From: Hemiscyllium ocellatum
Lineage: Eukaryota
NCBI RefSeq assembly: GCF_020745735.1
Contig: NC_083409.1
Location: 18,062,341-18,126,340, forward strand
Direction: 5' to 3'
Length of the DNA stretch: 64,000 nucleotides
Shown here: positions 23,973 through 35,972 of the stretch, one piece after another
Layout: each line of letters opens with the position of its first letter
Position numbering within the stretch: the stretch's first letter is position 1
The notes under the pieces: generated by a model
Told to the model about the DNA's origin: nothing
Databases searched by the model: none
The model's input: the letters and a program-made list of their open reading frames with translations, nothing else
Made by a program: the position numbers and the translations under genes

Positions 23973-24770
23973 AGTCCAACGCTCGCTTCTCCTGTGCCCT
24001 CACCCACGTGACGCTCCCCTCCCCACTCAGCAAGAGCATCAGGAGATCAGAATGTGTGTAGAGTGTTGGAGACAGTCCACAGAGGAGACACAACTTTAAA
24101 TAGAACAGGGCTGAGCTGGCAGGACAAAGGTCATTGTCAGCACTGAATTTCAACTCTCTTCCTTCTTGAGACTGGCCTCTGGGAGACTCTGAGGTTCAGG
24201 GGTTAAGGCAGGTTATCGTGACACTATAGAGAGAGATTCACTCTGTTCCCAACCAGTGCTGTCCCTGTCCTGGGAGTGTTTGACGAGGTCAGTGTGGAGA
24301 CAGCTTTATTCTGTTTCTTATCGTGTCCCTGTCCTGGGTGTCTTTGGTGGGAACAGTACGGAAAGAGCTTTACTCTGTATCTGACCCTATTCTGTCCCTG
24401 TCCAGGAGACTGTTTGTTGGGGACAGTGTTGAGTTGTAATAACAAGCATAACCTTTCAAAGATATTGAAAACTGTGAGCTGTATAAAAACAATGTGAACC
24501 TCAGAAGTCTCTGCTTCAGTAAACCAGATCTCCTTCCTGCTCAGCCACCAGTTCCAGTTTAAGGTTTAGTCACTGTTTAAAGGGACAGGATTCTCAGGTT
24601 ATTGAGAAAATCTCCACAAGTGTTTTCCTCAAGCTCCATTGTGGCTGTGAATTTGTGCAGCTTCCTCTGTCTGGGCTGATAATTGCAGTCTGTTTTCTGT
24701 CAATGTCAATCTGGAAAAGTGAATAAAGATGAAGAAGATTCAGTCTCTGTCTCGTGTGTGCTTTGGAAAT
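23973..24770 (+). pseudogene. IGKC: Orphan 3' fragment of an Ig kappa C exon (23973-24061) plus full 3' UTR
   Basis: Encodes SNARFSCALTHVTLPSPLSKSIRRSECV*. The 3' UTR aligns to those of both other C exons, with AATAAA at 24722-24727. Confidence 0.92.
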
Positions 24771-26329
24771 GGCCTGAGCTGAAGCCTCAGGGAAAGGGTG
24801 TGTTAACCTCCACCCTCAAGGTACGGAACACGAGGGGGAGAATAGAGAGGGCAATGGGGTCTCGGGAGCAGGAGGGCAATACTACAGTTAGGGACAGAAG
24901 GGGCACTTTCAGCAGGAATGCCGGGCCCTGAGAAAATCATCCCCAATAAATGGAGGAAAGAAGGAAGGTGTGTTGGAGTTCAGAAAGATTGAAGAATCAT
25001 GTTGAGAGTGAGCTGAACTCAGAGTGTAGATGGGGAAGGTCCAAACCCAGAGTGGGGAGGGTACCTTTCACTCCATAACCCTCCATCCACCATGGTGGTG
25101 CTCTGAAGGGGCAGTACCCATCCTGAATACCTGTGTCTGATGGTGTACGATGAATGGAGAAGAGCCTGTGTCCATACGTGTGTGGGTGGGGAATAGGGAA
25201 CATATTGAGTTATATATCATTATATCTCACCCACAGATGCATCCATCAAAACCACTGAGACCAGCCCCCTCCAGTGGAGAACGAACTGAAGGGGTTCACG
25301 GGGGGACTCTGTGATGGGAGGGTTATCAAAACCAGAGAGTGGAAGGGTGGGCTCCCTGGGCACTCAATAGCAGTGTATCTGAACATAATGGAGTGAGCTC
25401 ACTCAGGGAGTGTTCAGAGCAGATTGGCTCATTGCTGTCGGACTGGCAGTGGGTCATTACACAGTTGGTCATTTTGAACATGTTCTGGTCCATATCGGGT
25501 CAGGGAGGGCTGAGGACCAGGACAGGTTCACCATCTTGTTTAAAGACCAACAATATTGATGGAGCTGTCTGCCCCAAGGACTCCCCAATAGTCCCTCCAT
25601 CTTCCAGCAGAGCATGGCACAGGGCTGTGAGAGTTCAGGTCAGCTCCCCCAAACAGTTTGCACAGTGTGTGGCTGACTTGCTGCTGGTTGTGGGAACTGA
25701 AGAGGAGGACGTGTCCCTTTGGGATGACAGAACTCCCAGGAGTTGCTTGGAGGGATCCCGATGTTGATCCCTTCCTTGGAATAGCAGGTGAAAAACTGCT
25801 GCATTGCTCAGGCCTTGATGTCAAGTGCTGTCACTCTGCCCTCACCTCACTCACATGGTCAGGGGGAGCTCAGTCCACTGACTCACATTTATCTGAATGA
25901 ATTCCACTTGTTACTGATCAGCCCATCTGACCCTCCCAGCCCGTCTATATCCTCATGTCGTCTTGTACTGCTTCGGGACACCCCCATTCGGGAAGGTCAA
26001 TAAATGGAAAGCACTAAAACTTTAATTCAGATACTGAAGACAATTACTGGTTTAATAGAGGAATGGGTATCTTTCATTTGTAAATGGGATCAACATTTCT
26101 TTATTGAGTTAAAGTGACTCAGGTTAAATACATCTGTAGTGAATGTATAAATCTACAACAACTCCCACACAGAGTGTTTGGACTGGAGGTTGAGTTGAAA
26201 GTATTGGTGACACGTCAGGGAGGTGCAGAGATACCTGGAGACCTTGTCCCAGAAGGATGTTATAATCCTCAGGACCAGGCTGTCCCATTCCATGTGTAGG
26301 AAGGGGCAGGAGGGTATGACAATGAGGAG

Positions 26330-27260
26330 GGTAGGTAAGGATTTGGAGCGCACTGTAGGACAGGAAACCCCACCCCCCTTGCTGTAGATGTGGGTATGCT
26401 CACCGAGCTGGGAAGTTGATTTGTAAACATTTTGTCCCCTGTCTCGGTGACATCTTCAGAGCTTTGGAGCTTCCTGTGAAGTGCTGTTGTGCTGTGTCTT
26501 CTGGAACTTATTTGGTTCCATTCCTGCTGTTTACAGTTATTGGTTCCTGATGTTCGTTGCAGTGGTTGGTATACTGGGTCTAGGTCAATGTGTTTATTGA
26601 TGGATCCCATGGATAAGTGTCATGCCTCTAGAAATTCTCTGGCTGTCCTCTGTTGAGCTTGTCCTATGATCATAGTGTTGGTCCAGTTGAATTTGTGGTC
26701 CTTGTCATCTGTGTGTATAGCTACTCGGGACAGCTGCTCATGGGGTTTAGTGGCTCATTGGTGTTCATGGACGTGCATGGCTAGTTGTCTGCCTGTTTGT
26801 CCGAGGTGTTTTGTGCAAACGTTGCATGGATTCTTGTAAATTACATCTGTCTTTCACACGGTAGGTATGGGCCTTTTGTTCTCGTGGGTTGTCTGAGCGT
26901 CGCTGTCAGTTTCTGGGCAGTTTATGAGTGGTTGGAGTACTGTGATGTTTTTATATAAGGTAGTGTGGCTAGTGAGTTAGGTCGTGGCATACCCTCATCG
27001 CGTTGTTTGTCTGTTATGCATCTGTGGATGAAGTTGCGGGAATATCTGTTCTTGGCAAAGTCTTTGTAGAAGTGTTCTTCTCTTTGCAGTTCGGGAGTGC
27101 TGCAGTGGGTTGTAGCCCTTTAGAACAGGTTCCTAATGCAACTTCTCCTTTGTGTGGGGAAGGATCAGGCAGAGAGGAAGAGTCAGTGCAGCCATTGTGC
27201 AGCATCCATTGTCGAGTTGCCCCATTTCCAATCCCACTGCAATGTCATTGTCTGCCCTGA
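26330..27260 (-). mobile_element. Penelope-like element of a second family (GIY-YIG region)
   Basis: Minus strand gives TDVIYKNPCNVCTKHLGQTGRQLAMHVHEHQ and INKHIDLDPVYQPL. Confidence 0.8.
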
Positions 27261-29859
27261 CACCAAGCAGATGCTCCCATCACAAGAGGCTCCATGGCCC
27301 TGAGGACTGTGAGAGTGAGCCCTGTCCATTCAGCTCGATCATCAAGCTCCAGCCTTCCTGATGTGGTGGCAGCCAGGAGAACCCTGCCCATGGGAGATTC
27401 CACACACACTCCCTCCCTCCAGACAGGGAAAGATGATTCCATGGCCCTGCTTTCTCTCCAAACTGATCCAAATTCAAGTGATGCTGAAAAAAAGAGACAT
27501 TTTGTCAAAGCTTTTGTCTTTCACACAACAAGACATTTTGTAAGAAATCGCACAGCAAAACTCTGGAGATCCCAGCGGGTCAGGCAGCATCCATGGAGAG
27601 AAAGCAAGGCAAAATGAAATGCTTTCACAAGAAGAGCTTTGTCTCACTCAAGTATTATATTCTCAAATGACTTTGATCCTGATTTCCTCTTTTGCTTCAG
27701 GCCTGTTGAAATTCTAAAAAGCAATTCTGTCTTTTTTTGAATGGAGCACTCTGTTTATCATCATTCATCATTAAGTTCCAATAATTGCATCAAAATATTT
27801 TTCCTGATCTATTTTCTGTACCTGGTATATGACTGGAGAATAAGTCATTTTGCCTTTCAGTTTGTCTGCAGTGACGATAAATCTACATTTACTGTGTTTA
27901 TTTGTTTGAGAATTTTTGAACATCAGAATACCCTCCATCCACTGTTGAGATCCTGTTCTGGCCTTCATAGAATCACAGAATCGAGGAATTCCTACAGAGT
28001 GGAAGCAGGCCACACAGTCCAGCAAGCTCATACAGACCCTTTGAAGGTCACCCCACTCCGACCCACACCTACCCGACCTATCCCTGTAATCCTGCATTTT
28101 CCATGGCATTTTCCATTTGCTATCCTGCACATCTCTGGTGACCCTAGATCCCCTGTCCATGTCCCACTATGTATTGTCCCTCAAAGCAGCCTCTAACTGT
28201 GCACCATATTCTAGCCATGACCAAACCATTCTTCAGGACAGCTGCCATGGTCACTCTCCCCTCCATCTCCTCACTCTCAATATTCAATCCAAAATCACAT
28301 TGACCTTTATTTCTGATATTGTTTCCAATTTAGAGGAGATCTGTCTCTCCCCATCCTTTCTTGCGCGCTGCAGTATTGTCTATAAAATAAACAGCCCTTC
28401 AAGCTTTATCATTCTCAGAGGAGTTACAACCGAGAAAACCTCTTCCAGCTCTCAGTGGAGAAATTCAGTTATTCCTGTTTCCCTGCTCTATCCCAATAGC
28501 TTCCCTTTCTGTGTGACTGTGTTTCTGGTGTGTTCTACAATATCTGACACTTGCCTGCCGAAAGCACTTACACCCACTGATACCTGTTGAGGTCTCCCAG
28601 ATAAATTGCTGCTCTTTGCACTTTGGTGACCCGCTTTGATAGATGTTTATTCGCTATTTGAGTGTAATTCATTTTGTGTCTGATCCCAGTTTCAATCCAA
28701 AGGACACTCCACCTTTCAGTCTGACAAACCAGGTTCACCCATGTCATGGCTGTATTTCTCGCCGAGGCTCCAGTTTTTCAAAGAGATGAATTCAAGCCTC
28801 ACCAGTTTGATCATTTGAAGTGTATCTCATTTATTTTGATTTCTCCTGGGATGGGCGGGCACAAAAATGGCTGCTATTTGTTGCACTTCCCTAATTGTCC
28901 TGGAGAGGGCATTGGTGAGCCGTGTAACATCTGGGAAGGAAGGCGCTGGGGTCTGAACAAAAAAACCCAAGAAACTCAATGTCATGTTCATGAATGTAGT
29001 TTGGACAAGGGGACCCAGTCATCACCCGGTCTGTGACTCCAGTCCCACACAGTGACGCGATTCATTCTTAACGGCCCCATGATCTGGCTCAGAACTCAGT
29101 CCGAGCAACTGGAGATGGGCAATAAATTTGAGGCTTGATTTAAAATAGTTTATAAAATAGTTCATTCTAAAAATTATTTAAAATATTTAAATCTGAGTGC
29201 ACAAGGCATGGTTTCAAAATTTGCTGATGGTATGAAACTTGGATCTACTGCGACTCATGAAAAAGATAGTGTGGAACTTCAAAAAGGGTATAGATAATGG
29301 AATGAACAAATGGTCGCAGGTAGAATTTAATAGAAAGAGATGTCACTGATTCATTTTGGAAGGAAAAGGTGGAGAGACAAAACAAACTAAAGGGTACAAG
29401 TATGGGTGGGTGTAGGGGCAGTAGGACCTGGATGTTTATGTGCATCAGTCATTGAAGGTGGCAGGATAGGCTGCTGTTCTCATGGGAGAGCAGCTGATTA
29501 AAGCAGATGTCATATCAGCAAGAGCATAGAATACAGCGTGGATGTGAAAAGAATGCTTTCTTTTCAGGGAGAATATAAAACTAAAATAAGTTCCCTCATT
29601 TAAGACCTAGATGAGCAGGGTTTTGATTTCTTACAAAGGTCATAGGTCTTTGGAATTGAAATTGAAACGTCTGAATTCTTGTAGTGAAGAAGTAGACAGT
29701 CATTGCTGATCAAAAATCTGTCAGAGTAAGGTAAGAAGGTGAATAATCAGGTCAGCCATGGGGAGCAGGCTGAAGAGGATGAATCTCCTTCATTTGTCCC
29801 TAATTCGTATGACCGTGCGTCCAGTTCCACCGTTGAAAGAACAGCGCCTTGAAAGCTTG

Positions 29860-29980
29860 TGGTTTTCAATAAAGCAGCTGAAGTGGCTGCTGGTGTGTGT
29901 GGGCGCGAATGGAAGGGGACTTTACCCATAATCCTCAGCAGCCGTGCAAGCGCTCTCTCGCCACTAGAGGGCAGCTGCTT
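29860..29980 (+). promoter_or_regulatory. CpG-retaining island with CTCF motif, kB-like site and E-boxes
   Basis: CCACTAGAGGGCAG 29961-29974, GGGGACTTTACC 29915-29926, two CAGCTG, and one TGTGGTT near 29858. Confidence 0.5.
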
Positions 29981-32904
29981 CACTGTCCCTGATCAGTAAT
30001 GTGGGACTCTGCTTGGAGCGAACAGGCTCAATCTGGAGAGACCCAGAGAGAGAGTGTACAGCTTCAGAAGCAGGTTACTTACCACACTACAAGGAAAATG
30101 TCCCCTGTGATAAGAAAAGTACTTTGATGTGACTTTTGTTTGTTCATTCTGTGATACACGTAGATGATGTCTGTACTGAGTGGCACAAAGTATATTTCCT
30201 CCTCTAACCCCTTTCCAACACACCCTCTCCATCTTGCTTTACTCCTTATTGACTCTTCTACAATTGTCCCTTTTCCCTCACTCCGTCCCGGTCCCAGAGG
30301 GATTGATGGCCGGAGTTCATGACCCCGCACTGTGTGAAGGTTGGTGTGAAGTGAGGCCAGTGTGTTGGAGCTTGGGCTCCTGCCTCAGGCCCAGGTGTAG
30401 GGGCCTGTTCAACAATCTGCACATTGTCCTTTTTCTCTTTCTGACCGTACTGGAGTTTTCAAGCTGCAGTAACTTGCTGGCAACAAGGTGTCTTGTCTAA
30501 AATGCTCCCAGCTCTGGACAGATTTCTGCTGTTGATTTTTCTCTCTCTCTCAGGGGCCTGCTCTGTATTCAGTCCCTGTTATCATTAGTTTGTTGAAGTT
30601 CATATATCAGCTGCTGCTTCCTTGCTATAATCCTGAAAAAAAGTCATCAATGCCTCTTGAGATTTAAATATTCCTTCTTCATGAAAGTGGTTGGCAAACT
30701 TTTTAACATCATTTAACAAACTAATGATGTGAATGCATCAGTGTTGTTTATGGCTGGGAGCATTTAACCTCATGATCCTAGTTTTTAATGGATCCTCACT
30801 CATGGTAATATAGTTTGCAATGTTTCGCTCTCCTTCCATGTTTTAAGAGGCTTTCAAATGTGTTATGATGAGAACACCGTGTGATGGAGTGGGTGGTTGT
30901 TTGAATTCTCATCTCATTATCGTCCAGCTTTCAATGAAAATGATGTAGTCTTTGTAATGAGATTGCACTCAATTTTTACATGTATTGTTTTTGGAATGCC
31001 AATTTTCGTAAAAAGTCCTGTTCAGTTTTGTAACTCAGTAGTTGTGCTTGTTCCCTGAGATACTGAGCGTTTACACTACACTCCATTTGCCTGTGACCCA
31101 GTTGTTGGGTGAAGCCTCTGGTTGTTCGGTGAGTCCAAGCCATTGTCTTGCTCTCTGCAGTTATACCATCAACTTGGTTTCTCAGTGTGAGCCAGGAGAT
31201 CACTGCATGGTGACTTCCTGTTCCAGCATCAGTGTAAAGGCAAGTGGGAACTGTCGTGATTAATCCCATCATGAATATCAGAACATTATATTCAGCTGGA
31301 ATTACATCCACTAACTAATTTCTTTGGCCGCAATTACAGTATAAACAAATCTTTCCCTTTGCCAGCACAAAGAGAAGGTGTCTGTCAGATTCCCTCGTGT
31401 GTGATGGTTTAGCCCAATAGGGGCAGCACTGGTAGACCATACTGCATCAGCCTGGACAGAAACCTGGGCAACCTCCAAATGAAAGGATGACCTTCAGTAG
31501 ATCTGCTGCCACACAAAATATGGAATTGGAATCATTGTTACCAAATCACCTCATCAAACCTAAATACAATTGAGAAAATATAAACCAAACCCATTTCCCA
31601 ACGACATATGTCACAACACGAAAGTGGGGAGCAGACAGATACTGTTTGCCTGTCTCTGGGGAGTGTCATGCTTCCTGTCCTCTCTCTCTCTCTCTGTGGG
31701 GTACCATTTTTACCATCCTTTCTCTCTGAGAACATTACTGTTCCTGTCCCCACTCTCTTGGGGACAGCGTGGGGGTGTCACGCCTACCCAGTTTATTAGT
31801 TCCATTTACTCTCGCAAAATGGGGAATCCCTGCTTCACTATGTGTGTGAGCCAGGTGTGAAAGCCCTGCACAGCTAACCCTTCATCTCAATCAGATCACA
31901 GTGTCTGAGGTTGGTCTGTACTGTCTCTACCCAGAACAATAACACTGACTGACTCAGACCAACTCAGATCAAGTCACAATGAGACTGCTATTGACCTTCG
32001 CCCACAAAGCCCACTGAGGAAGTGGTCATTAATCCCAGTGTTGTCATAGATTAAGCTCTCCCAGAGATTCATGATTAATTCTGGACTTGACTCAAGTGTA
32101 GAATGTTGTTAGGTAATAGATGGGAAGGCATGGAGATAAAATATAAAGAGAGAGAGAATTATGTTTCTGTTATACTGTCCTTGAACATAAGATGTTTGAA
32201 AATGTTTTGCAGCCAATGGAATACTTCTGATATTGTTGTAACGTGGGAACTGTGACAGTCTGGGCAAGGCAGATCATTTGGCAGCACCACCCAGAGACTG
32301 GAGGCTGTTACTGCAGGCAGGCTCCAACCAGCTCTGATGTGAGGGAAGGACACTGGAGCACACAAAGACATGAGAAATAGGAGCAGGAGGGAGACTCCAA
32401 TGGCTGTCCATCTTTTCTTAAATACAGGGACCAAAATTGCACACAATAATCCAAATGCAGGCTCACTAACACACTGTACAGTTTTAACAAGACTTCTCTA
32501 CTTTTAAATTCCAACCCCCAGCAATAAAGGTGAAAATTCCATTTGCCTTCTCAATTCCTTGCTGTACCTGCACTAACTTTCAGTGTCCCATGCACAAGAA
32601 CACCCAGATCACTCTGTACTGTACTTTGTTGGAATCTCTCCCAATTTAAATAATAGTCGGCCTTTAGATTATTCTGACCAAAGTGCATGGTCTCACATTT
32701 TCTGATATTAAATTCGATCCACTGTGTCTGAATGTTTCATTTCCAGTTTGGTTTTCTCTTTGTGAATGACCACCTCAATGCATCTATCTGTTTCATGTCC
32801 CATTTGTTTATGGCCCTGATACTTGATTGTTCAGCCCTTTCCTGCTGTTTACATTCAATGTAGACAGGGAGGAGGCTGGAGGAACACAGCAAGCCAGGCA
32901 GCGG

Positions 32905-33226
32905 AGTAGATTAGATTAGATTCCCGACAGTATGGAAACAGGCCCTTCAGCCCAACCAGTCCACACTGACCCCAAACAGTAACCCACACAGACCCATTTC
33001 CCCTCTGGCTAATGCACCTAACACGATGGGCAATTTATCATGGTCAATTCACCTGATCTGCACATCTTTGAATTGTGGAAGGAAACCAGAGCACCCGGAG
33101 AAAACCCATGCAGACACAGCGAGAATGTGCAAAATCCACACAGACAGTCGTCCAAGGCTGGAATCAAACCTGGGCCCCTGGTGCTGTGAGGCAGCAGTGC
33201 TAACCACTGAGCCACCGTGCCGCCTT
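32905..33226 (-). mobile_element. HE1 SINE
   Basis: gattagattag tail and gcagtgctaaccactgagccaccgtgccgcc head in reverse orientation. Confidence 0.88.
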
Positions 33227-33239
33227 AGTTGACATTTCG

Positions 33240-34400
33240 GTGTGTAACTCTTTTTCAAGAATGGGGGGCGGGGGGGGGGTGTAGGGAGAGCTAAGATAAA
33301 GGGGGTGGCAGGAACAGGATGATGAAGTGGGGATTGGTGATGACAGGTAGAGGTTATGACCTGGTTGGTCAATGGGAGGAATGAATGCGGTAGCTGGCAG
33401 GAAGGAGTGGAAGGGAGGGAGAGAGATTTGGAAGGGAGACAGGGGAGTGGGAAGGGTGGTTATATGAAATTGAAGAACTCAATGTTGAGTCCTCTGGGCT
33501 GTCAGCCGCCCAGGCGTAATATGGGGTGTTGTTCCTCCAATTTGCAGTTTGGTTTGTTGTGCCAATGGAGGAGGCCAAGGATGGTCATTTCAGAAAGGGA
33601 GTGGGAAGGGGAATTAAAATAGATAGTGACTGGGAGTCAAGTCAGCCCCTCCGGTCCCAGCTAAGATGCTCGGTGAACCATTCCCTAAGTTTATGTTTGG
33701 TCTTCCCGATGTAGAGAAGACTACATCGGGAGCACCTGGTGCAGTGAATTAGGTTGGAGGAGAGGCAGGTGAATCTCTGTCTCACCTGGAGGACTGCTTG
33801 GGGCCCTGGATGGAGGTGAGGGATTAGAGTACCAGCAGGCTTTGCATCGTTTTGAGTAGCAGGGAAGGTACCTGGGATTCGGGAGGGTAGGTGGGAGAGT
33901 GACGCAAACCAAGAATTGTCAAAGAGAATGGTCCTTATGGAAGGCATTCAGTGGTGGGGAGAGGAAGATGTATTTGGTGGTGTGGTCTAGTTGGAGTTAG
34001 CAGAAGTGTTTAGGGATGATGTTTTGGATACGGAGATTGGTGGGCTGATAGGTGAGGACAGTGGGGACTCTGTTTTAATTGTGTTTGGAGGGGGCTGGAT
34101 TTAGAGCAGTGGAGTGGGAAAGGGAGGAGTGCGTTGGATGACAGAAGGAGGAAAAGCACGTTGTTCGTAATAGGTGGACATCTATGATCAGTGGAAGGTC
34201 TCCTCATCTGAGCAGATGGGGCAGAGGCAGAGGAATTGGAAGAATGGGATGGAGTTCTTGCAGGATACTGAATGGGAGGAGGTGTGGTCCAGTTAGATAT
34301 GGGAATCTGTGACTTTGTAGTAAATGTGTGGCTGGTTAAAGCGCAGCAGGTCAGGCAGCATCCAAGGAACAGGAAATTCGATGTTTCGGGCACAAGCCTG
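33240..34400 (-). mobile_element. Penelope-like element 3' portion (GIY-YIG)
   Basis: FTCLSSNLIHCTRCSRCSLLYIGKTKHKLREWFTEHL. Confidence 0.82.
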
Positions 34401-34500
34401 AACTGTTTTTCATTCATGATTTGAGAAGATTAAAGCCTAATCTTCAATCCCCAGCACAAAGCCCATTCTCAATCTATCGCTCGGAGACACAGACCTCGGA

Positions 34501-34629
34501 GAGACACCTACAGGCAGCACAGAGTAACACACTCACACTGAGAGAGACACCTACAGGCAGCACTAAGTAACACACTCACACTGAGAGAGACACCTACAGG
34601 CTGCACTAAGTAACACACTCACACTGAGA
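34501..34629. repeat. 43-bp minisatellite, 3 copies
   Basis: gagacacctacaggcagcac(ag/ta)agtaacacactcacactgaga at 34501, 34544 and 34587. Confidence 0.9.
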
Positions 34630-35107
34630 GAGAGAGCAGCACTGCTCACACTCCATGCTCCCTGCAGGAGTCTCCGAATGTGGGTGTTGTTGCTCAGTGC
34701 TATCTGTGGGTGTCTCACTGAGTGACACACCCACACTCAGAGACCTACAGGCAACATTAAATTAAACAATCACGCTCAGAGACACACATAAGGCCGACAA
34801 TGTTGGTGAATGGCAGGAGATTGTTTCAGCAGCTTACCAACATGTAGCAGAGATTGCACAGTACAATCCCATCAGCTGGGCCTGGACCAACAAAGTGAAG
34901 AGGGAATGCATCAGATTGTACTTATTGAGTCCTAACAGCTTTCAGTTTCTGTTATTTTTGGAATGATTAATGATTGATGATTGTAATTGATTGACAGGCC
35001 AACCAGCCAATCTTGACAATGACCTGCTGAAATGCAGCCAATCAACTGAGGTGGGGGGAGGTCATCTATTTCCAAAGCATTCACCAGACAGAGACTGAAT
35101 CTTCACC

Positions 35108-35113
35108 TTTATT
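35108..35113 (-). terminator. Polyadenylation signal of cluster B
   Basis: TTTATT on the + strand, position equivalent to 15359. Confidence 0.8.
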
Positions 35114-35643
35114 CCCTTTTCCAGATTTACATTGACAGAAAAAAAACAACTGCAATTAACAGCCCAGACAGAGGAAGCTGCACAAATTCACAGCCACATT
35201 GGAGCTTGAGAAAAACACTTGTGGAGATTTTCTCAATAACACGATAATCCTGTCCCTTTAAACAGTGACAAAACCTTAAATTGGAACTGACAGCTGAGCA
35301 GGAAGGAGATCTGGTTTATTGAAGCAGAGAATTCTGAGGTTCACATTGTTTTGTACAGCTGACAGTCTTCAGCAACTTCAAGAGATTTTACTTGGCATCA
35401 CAAGTCAACCATGTCCCCATCAAACACTCCCAGGACAAGGTACAGCATGGGGTTTGACACAGCGTAAAGCTCTCTTGACACTGTCACAATGATTTGCTTT
35501 AACATCCAAACCTCAGAAGGTTCTCTGAGCCAGTCCTGAGAAGGAAGAGAGTTGAAATTCAGTGCTGACAATGACCTTTGTCCTGCCAGCTCAGCCCTGT
35601 TCTATTTAAAGTTGTGTCTCCTCTGTGGATTGTCTCAAACACT

Positions 35644-35972
35644 CTACACACATTCTGATCTCCTGATGCTCTTGCTGAGGGGAGAGGGGAGGGTCACGTG
35701 GGTGAGGGCACAGGAGAAGCGAGCGTTGGACTCCCAGTCAGACCCAGAGAGGGTCAGCAGGCTGCTGACACTGTAGGTGCTGTCCGAAGCTCGCAGGTAG
35801 TTGCTGGTCTGAACCCCGTCCGAAATGACTGCACCGTCTTTCTTCCACTGCACCTCCAGCTCATCGGGATAGAAGTGATTGGCAAGGCACACCAGGGTAA
35901 CAGTGCCCTTAACATTGACCTGCTCCAGGGAGGGAGGCAGCAGGGTCAGCTTGGGCTGAGAGTTGTCACGGC
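35644..35972 (-). CDS. IGKC: Ig kappa-type light-chain C exon, intact (exon 3 of cluster B)
   Basis: Acceptor tttcag|gc. (S)RDNSQPKLTLLPPSLEQVNVKGTVTLVCLANHFYPDELEVQWKKDG...YSVSSLLTL...FSCALTHVTLPSPLSKSIRRSECV*, with both domain cysteines, the tryptophan and the penultimate cysteine. Confidence 0.96.

Noticed and set aside
22190-27440. Retained signal joint that would indicate inversional or inter-cluster joining
   Set aside because: I saw no heptamer-heptamer fusion (CACTGTGCACAGTG) by eye. Collinear flanks indicate a simple intra-cluster deletion.
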